Below, piece after piece: positions 59,907-64,000 of a stretch of 64,000 bases of DNA (its first letter is position 1; each line of letters opens with the position of its first letter). The DNA is taken from assembly GCA_944372795.1 (NCBI GenBank), contig CALWAF010000004.1:1165-65164 (forward strand). The letters run 5' to 3'. The notes below the pieces were generated by a model, which had not been told where the DNA came from, ran no database searches, and worked only from the letters and a program-made list of their open reading frames with translations. This DNA is from an uncultured Clostridia bacterium (lineage in GTDB: Bacteria; Bacillota; Clostridia; Christensenellales; CAG-917). Both the position numbers and the translations under genes were made by a program.

Positions 59907-60202
59907 CCCCGGCCGAAAATTAAAAATTTTCGTCCGGGGGCCCCGAGTTATACCCCACGAAAAAAATCGAAGATTTTTCCCGCGGTGACCCCGAGTGATG
60001 CCCCACCGAAAATTCTTTCGGCGGGGGCCCCGAGTTATACCCCACGAGAAAAATCGGAGATTTTTCCCGCGGGGACCCCGAGTGATGCCCCACCGAAAAT
60101 TCTTTCGGCGGGGACCCCGAGTTATACCCCACGAGAAAAATCGGAGATTTTTCCCGCGGGGACCCCGGTTTTGCCACACCGAAAATCGGAATTTTTCGCC
60201 GC
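59907..60202. repeat. Tandem array (87-bp period, about 3.4 units) of alternating H-type hairpins
   Basis: CCCCGAGTTATACCCCACG recurs at 59941, 60028 and 60115. The units alternate CCCCACGAGAAAAATC-gga-GATTTTTCCCGCGGGG and CCCCACCGAAA-attc-TTTCGGCGGGG. A solo unit lies at 12926-12966. Confidence 0.9.
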
Positions 60203-60424
60203 ATGGGCTTTTGCTCCGCAAGTGTGTGCGCACGCTCACGCGCACGCGTTATCTTAATAAAATTATATCACCCCTTCGCAGCAAGTCAATCCTCCCCTTC
60301 CTCGAAAAATCGCATATCTACGGCGGTTTTTCATAAGTTTTTAATCCTTCCCCCTCAAAATGCGCAAGTAAGCCGACGGATATCTCTCCCCCACGACATA
60401 GAAAAATTTAAGCTAATTTTAACA

Positions 60425-60460
60425 AATCTTGCCTGCGCGCAAGATTTTGTTTTGCACTTT
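60425..60460 (+). terminator. Terminator-like hairpin in a gene-free AT-rich region
   Basis: AATCTTGC-ctgcgc-GCAAGATT followed by TTGTTTTG. No upstream gene or clear promoter was identified. Confidence 0.35.
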
Positions 60461-60515
60461 TGTAAGGTTTTTTGAAAATTTCTCAAAAATTTTTTATTTT
60501 TCTTACAAAAATCGC

Positions 60516-60544
60516 TTGACACCCGTTTTACGTAGTGCTATTAT
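60516..60544 (+). promoter_or_regulatory. Near-consensus orphan sigma-70 promoter with an AT-rich UP-like region
   Basis: TTGACA (60516-60521), a 17-nt spacer, then TGC-TATTAT (60539-60544). It is preceded by a ~40-nt A/T-rich stretch (60481-60510). Confidence 0.65.
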
Positions 60545-60550
60545 GCAACC

Positions 60551-60649
60551 GTAATCAAGAGCAAGTGCAACGGATTACATGACAACAGCTCATAATTTTC
60601 CCCCTTATCATAGCAAGATGCGCAGAGGCAACTCTGCGCGTTTTGCTTT
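60551..60649 (+). ncRNA. Candidate small RNA (~100 nt), unknown family
   Basis: The predicted start lies ~7 nt after the -10 element. It has a 5' hairpin GTAATC..GATTAC, a single-stranded tract containing TTTTCCCCCTT, and a terminator GCGCAGAG-gcaa-CTCTGCGC plus GTTTTGCTTT (60620-60649). No downstream plus-strand gene exists for >3 kb. Confidence 0.45.
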
Positions 60650-60797
60650 GTCGGAAACATTTGCTGCAAGGGCGCTGCCCTTTCACCCCTGCGGGGATGT
60701 CATCCCCGCACCCCTAGCTTTTATATAATATTGCGCCGAAGGGTTCGGCTTCGCCCGCACCCTTCGGCGCACTTTTATATAAAGCGTAGGCAGGCAC

Positions 60798-60831
60798 AAA
60801 AAACAGCGGAGCAGGAAATCCTGCTCCGCTG
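60798..60831 (-). terminator. Intrinsic terminator after gene 60856-61776
   Basis: CAGCGGAGCAGG-aaat-CCTGCTCCGCTG is followed on the minus strand by TTTTTT. Confidence 0.85.
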
Positions 60832-60855
60832 TCATTTACGCTTGACGCGCGCTTC

Positions 60856-61776
60856 TTACTTCTCGGGCTTGGGAGGCGGCACGAGCATCGCCTGACATTT
60901 GGTCATGAGGTCGTTGAAGGAGACGGCGTAGCTGTCTGCGGCACCGTAAATGGTGACCGCACCCTTGCTGACCGCTTCCACAAACTCATATCTGCCGGTG
61001 AGCACCGCGAGGCATCCGTCCGGATTGGGGAACTTGAAGAGCACGAAGGGGTACTTTCTCTCCCCGTTGCCCGCCTTGGTCTTGCCCTGTTTGACGCGGA
61101 AGTAGCTCTTGATCTCGGGATAGATCTCCTTGCCGTTCTTGTCGAGGGTGGGTCCGACGATGAACTGATAGGTCCTGTCGGGCTGTTTCTTGACCCAATC
61201 GACGATCTCGGGCCATCCTTCGCGGTTGGCGGTGGACAGCGCACGAGTGATGAGGAAGAGGGAGAGCTTCACTTTCAGATACTGCTCCCAAGGCTGATCC
61301 GTGCCGGGGTTGAAGGAAGGCATGGTCTTGGTGAGCGTCAGCATCAGGAAGAGGAACTTGAGCGTGACGGGATTGAAGATGTTCTTGAGAAGGGGGGACA
61401 CGATGCCGAGCATCTCGACGGGAGAGCTCCCCTTGAACACACCGAGCAGGCTCTGGATGGACTTGAAGTACATCTTCACGACCTTAAGGCCGTCGTATTT
61501 GCTGCCGTCTTTCATCTCGATATAGCCGGGATATTCGCCCTGGAAGACCTTGAAGCGCTTCTCGTGGGCGGCTTTCTCTGCCATATCCGCAGTGAGGAAG
61601 ACCATGTAGCACGCAACGGGATTGGCGTCGTCTGCGGCGCGGAATTCCACAACTGCGTTGACCTTTTCGAACTTTTTAGCCTGTGCGGCGTCCTCCTCGA
61701 GGGGGATGCGCAAGGCGGGGAAGGCGGCGGCAAAGTATATCTTGGCAGTCAAGACATCTTGTGCACTTGCTTTCAT
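60856..61776 (-). CDS. Hypothetical protein (306 aa), last gene of the transketolase operon
   Basis: ATG 61776 (5 nt after GGAGG) is preferred over the track's GTG at 61782. No family was recognised. The gene is co-oriented with and 12 nt downstream of the transketolase C-subunit gene. Confidence 0.6.
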   Translation of the reverse strand: MKASAQDVLTAKIYFAAAFPALRIPLEEDAAQAKKFEKVNAVVEFRAADDANPVACYMVFLTADMAEKAAHEKRFKVFQGEYPGYIEMKDGSKYDGLKVVKMYFKSIQSLLGVFKGSSPVEMLGIVSPLLKNIFNPVTLKFLFLMLTLTKTMPSFNPGTDQPWEQYLKVKLSLFLITRALSTANREGWPEIVDWVKKQPDRTYQFIVGPTLDKNGKEIYPEIKSYFRVKQGKTKAGNGERKYPFVLFKFPNPDGCLAVLTGRYEFVEAVSKGAVTIYGAADSYAVSFNDLMTKCQAMLVPPPKPEK

Positions 61777-61788
61777 AGACACCTCCTT

Positions 61789-62799
61789 TTAGTCCTCGTC
61801 GGACCAGTCGTCTTCTTCGATCTCTTTGCCCATGATCTCCATGACCGTTTCCATGATGCCTTGGCTGGAGAGTTTGTATTTGGCATAAAGGTCCTCGGGC
61901 TTGCCGATGGGGCCGAACTCGTCGGGGATGCCGATCTTGGTGAGGATGCAGCGCTTGCCGCTCTGCGCGAGGACGGACGCGACCGCGTCGCCGAGACCGC
62001 CGATGACGTTGTGCTCTTCCACCGTGACGATACGACGGGTCTTGACCGCCGCCTCGATGATGGCTTCCTCGTCGATGGGCTTCAGGGTGTGCATGTTGAT
62101 GACCTGCGCGCTGACACCCTGCTCCTCGAGCATGTCGCCCGCGATGTAGGCGTCACGGGTGGGCACGCCGCAAGCGATGATGGTGACGTCGTTGCCCTCT
62201 TTCAGAGTCATCGCCTTGCCGATCTTGAACTCCTTGCACCACTTGTCTTCCTCGCTCTCGTGAAGGAGGGGCTCCATGCCTCTGCCGACGCGCAGATAGA
62301 AGGGGCCGGGGACGTCGATGCACTGCTTGACCGCGATGGCGGTCTCATAGGCGTCCGCGGGGATGACGACGGTCATGTTGGGGATGGCGCGCATGATGGC
62401 GAAGTCCTCGATGCAGTGGTGCGTGGAACCCGCAGCACCGAAGGAAACGCCGCCGTGGGTGGCGATGACCTTGACGGGCAGCTTCTGATAAGCGGCGTCC
62501 GTCCTGATCTGCTCGCCGCCTCTCAGGCACGCGAAGATCGCGAATGTGGATGCGAAGGGAATGAAACCGACTTTGGCAAGGCCTGCCGCCACGCCGAAGA
62601 GGTTCTGCTCCGCGATGCCGACGTTGAAGAGTCTGTCGGGGAATGCTTCACCGAGCAGACCGATGTTGGTGGATTTGGCAAGGTCAGCGGTCACGCCGAC
62701 GATGCGGGGGTCTTTGGCTGCGAGCTCGGCAAGAGTTCTGCCGTACATTGCGCCGGAAGACATCTTGTTGCCGTCATAGACGTTCCATGCAGTTCCCAT
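61789..62799 (-). CDS. Transketolase, C-terminal (pyrimidine-binding) subunit of a split enzyme
   Basis: It has FPDRLFNVGIAEQNLFGVAAGLA and the TKC domain ..VTVEEHNVIGGLG.., and is 336 aa long. Confidence 0.93.
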   Translation of the reverse strand: MGTAWNVYDGNKMSSGAMYGRTLAELAAKDPRIVGVTADLAKSTNIGLLGEAFPDRLFNVGIAEQNLFGVAAGLAKVGFIPFASTFAIFACLRGGEQIRTDAAYQKLPVKVIATHGGVSFGAAGSTHHCIEDFAIMRAIPNMTVVIPADAYETAIAVKQCIDVPGPFYLRVGRGMEPLLHESEEDKWCKEFKIGKAMTLKEGNDVTIIACGVPTRDAYIAGDMLEEQGVSAQVINMHTLKPIDEEAIIEAAVKTRRIVTVEEHNVIGGLGDAVASVLAQSGKRCILTKIGIPDEFGPIGKPEDLYAKYKLSSQGIMETVMEIMGKEIEEDDWSDED

Positions 62800-62810
62800 A
62801 GTATTCCTCC

Positions 62811-63650
62811 TTAAAACTCTCTGTTCTTGATTTCGTCAATGAACTTCTTCACTTCGCTCTCTTCGGCGCCGAAGGAGCAATAGTGGCTGGTCGCCTTGCC
62901 TTCGTACTGCTTGACGCCATAGCCCTTGACGGTGTCGGAGATGATGCAGACGGGACCTTCCGTTGCCCAAGCCTCGGCGAGGGTTTTGTCCACTTCTTCC
63001 ATCTTGTTGCCGTTGCATTTGAGCACCTTGAACCCGAAGGCTTCCACCTTCTTGTCCAGCGGCTCGAGGGACATGACGTCCTCGGTGTTGCCGTCGATCT
63101 CGAAGTGGTTGCGGTCGATGATCCAGATGAGGTTCTTGAGGCCGAAGTGAGCCGCGCTCATCGCCGCCTCCCAGTTGGAACCCTCTTGGCACTCGCCGTC
63201 GCCCGTCATGACGACGACTTTGCTGTCTATCTTCTTCAGTCTGAGGCCGAGCGCCATGCCGACTGCCATGGGAAGCCCGTGTCCGAGCGAACCGGTGGAT
63301 GCGTCGCAGCCGCGGATCTTCTTGCTGTCGGGATGCATACCGTAGGCGGATTCCGTCTTGTTGAAGTTTCTCATGACCTCGTTAAGGTCGAGATAGCCTC
63401 TCATCGCAAGGCAGGGAACGTACGCGAGCGCGCAGTGGCCCTTGGACATGACAAAACGGTCTCTCTCGTCCCAGTCGGGATTCTTCGGGTCGACGTTCAG
63501 ATACTTGAAGTACAGCGCAATGAGCATATCGGCGCTGGACATAGATCCGCCCACATGTCCCGAAGTGGCATTGAACGTGGTCTGCACGATGTTCAGACGC
63601 AGTTCCTTTGCCTTTGCTTTCAGCTCTGCAACAGAAACATTGTTTGGCAT
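62811..63650 (-). CDS. Transketolase, N-terminal (TPP-binding) subunit of a split enzyme
   Basis: It has SGHVGGSMS, GSLGHGLPMAVGMA and GDGECQEGSNWEA, and is 279 aa long. Confidence 0.93.
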   Translation of the reverse strand: MPNNVSVAELKAKAKELRLNIVQTTFNATSGHVGGSMSSADMLIALYFKYLNVDPKNPDWDERDRFVMSKGHCALAYVPCLAMRGYLDLNEVMRNFNKTESAYGMHPDSKKIRGCDASTGSLGHGLPMAVGMALGLRLKKIDSKVVVMTGDGECQEGSNWEAAMSAAHFGLKNLIWIIDRNHFEIDGNTEDVMSLEPLDKKVEAFGFKVLKCNGNKMEEVDKTLAEAWATEGPVCIISDTVKGYGVKQYEGKATSHYCSFGAEESEVKKFIDEIKNREF

Positions 63651-63891
63651 ATTTTGCCCTCCTACATAATTTTCCTTTTTGTGTGCAACTATCTTGCAAA
63701 TAGTTTACTATTAAATTATAAATGAAAACTCCCCGCCCGTCAATACCGAATATTATTAAATTTTACTCTTTTAAGAAAGATAAAAATACCTTGAATATTC
63801 GCGCGCGTGTGCTCGCGTGGCGATCCTCCGCTCCGCCGCGAAAAAACGCATAATTTCCCCTCCCCCGCAAATGCTAGCACAAGGAGGATAT

Positions 63892-64000
63892 ATGAAAGTT
63901 TTCAGAGAAATGGTGCGCAGCACCGCAATGGGAGCAGACGCGATAGACCACCTTATGCCCTATGTCGAGGACGAAGGACTCATGCAAGTCATGCGCGAAC
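63892..64000 (+). CDS. Hypothetical protein, 5' fragment (runs off the window)
   Basis: The ATG at 63892 lies 6 nt after AAGGAGGA. The reading frame MKVFREMVRSTAMGADAIDHLMPYVEDEGLMQVMRE stays open to the window end. Confidence 0.5.
   Translation, partial: MKVFREMVRSTAMGADAIDHLMPYVEDEGLMQVMRE

Noticed and set aside
59907-60202. The tandem repeat array considered as a possible CRISPR array.
   Set aside because: The units are contiguous, alternating hairpins at an 87-bp period with no unique spacers. No cas genes or leader-like organisation are present, and a solo unit is embedded in another repeat. It fits a REP/BIME-like tandem array, not CRISPR.
59637-60336. ORFs of 90-202 aa across the tandem array (59637-60245, 59920-60204, 59985-60257, 59995-60336).
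   Set aside because: Several frames on both strands are simultaneously open purely because the repeat unit lacks stop codons in those frames. The peptides are periodic echoes of the 87-bp unit, and one overlaps the real yhhN-family gene out of frame.
60579-60728. A 49-codon ORF (MTTAHNFPPYHSKMRRGNSARFALSE...) starting inside the sRNA candidate.
   Set aside because: It has no SD upstream of the ATG and would read through the intrinsic terminator hairpin. Its composition is not protein-like. The RNA interpretation is more economical.

Overview
This is a 64-kb chromosomal window from a high-GC genome. Ribosome-binding sites are GGAGG-type, and the gene order (glmU-like-pth-mfd, ecfA-ecfA-ecfT-truA, walJ-like...rlmH) looks Firmicutes/Clostridia-like; that assignment is inference only.

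I support about 48 protein-coding genes, mostly housekeeping. They include mfd, pth, tadA, rlmH, glnS, truA, the ECF energizing module, pyruvate:ferredoxin oxidoreductase, the asnS-asnA-aspS cluster, trxB, uraA-upp, rocD, bioY, split transketolase, an OmpR/HK pair and a GntR-ABC operon. The left edge carries a surface lipoprotein of more than 1,999 aa with BspA-type leucine-rich repeats; it runs off the window, which is why it is missing from the ORF track. I saw no rRNA, tRNA, CRISPR array, transposase, integrase, phage genes or recognisable defence genes.

The unusual content is non-coding.
1. A 124-bp nested palindrome (family T) occurs four times. Each time its first bases provide the in-frame TGA stop of an unrelated minus-strand gene, and the copies differ by compensatory stem changes.
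2. Three gene-free islands of 1.1-1.4 kb (12.0-13.4, 20.7-21.9 and 47.3-48.8 kb) are built from shuffled modules: families X and Y, a bulged-hairpin module, and one segment bounded by ~55-bp terminal inverted repeats.
3. An 87-bp tandem double-hairpin array sits directly upstream of a yhhN-family gene.
4. An orphan near-consensus promoter plus intrinsic terminator defines a candidate sRNA of about 100 nt.

Among the proteins, a three-gene operon encoding a zinc-ribbon/coiled-coil protein and two paralogous membrane proteins is the best uncharacterised candidate.

Many very long ORFs in the supplied track are antisense shadows typical of high-GC DNA and are rejected. Hand-mapped hairpin and promoter coordinates may be off by 1-2 nt. 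No database or folding computation was possible.
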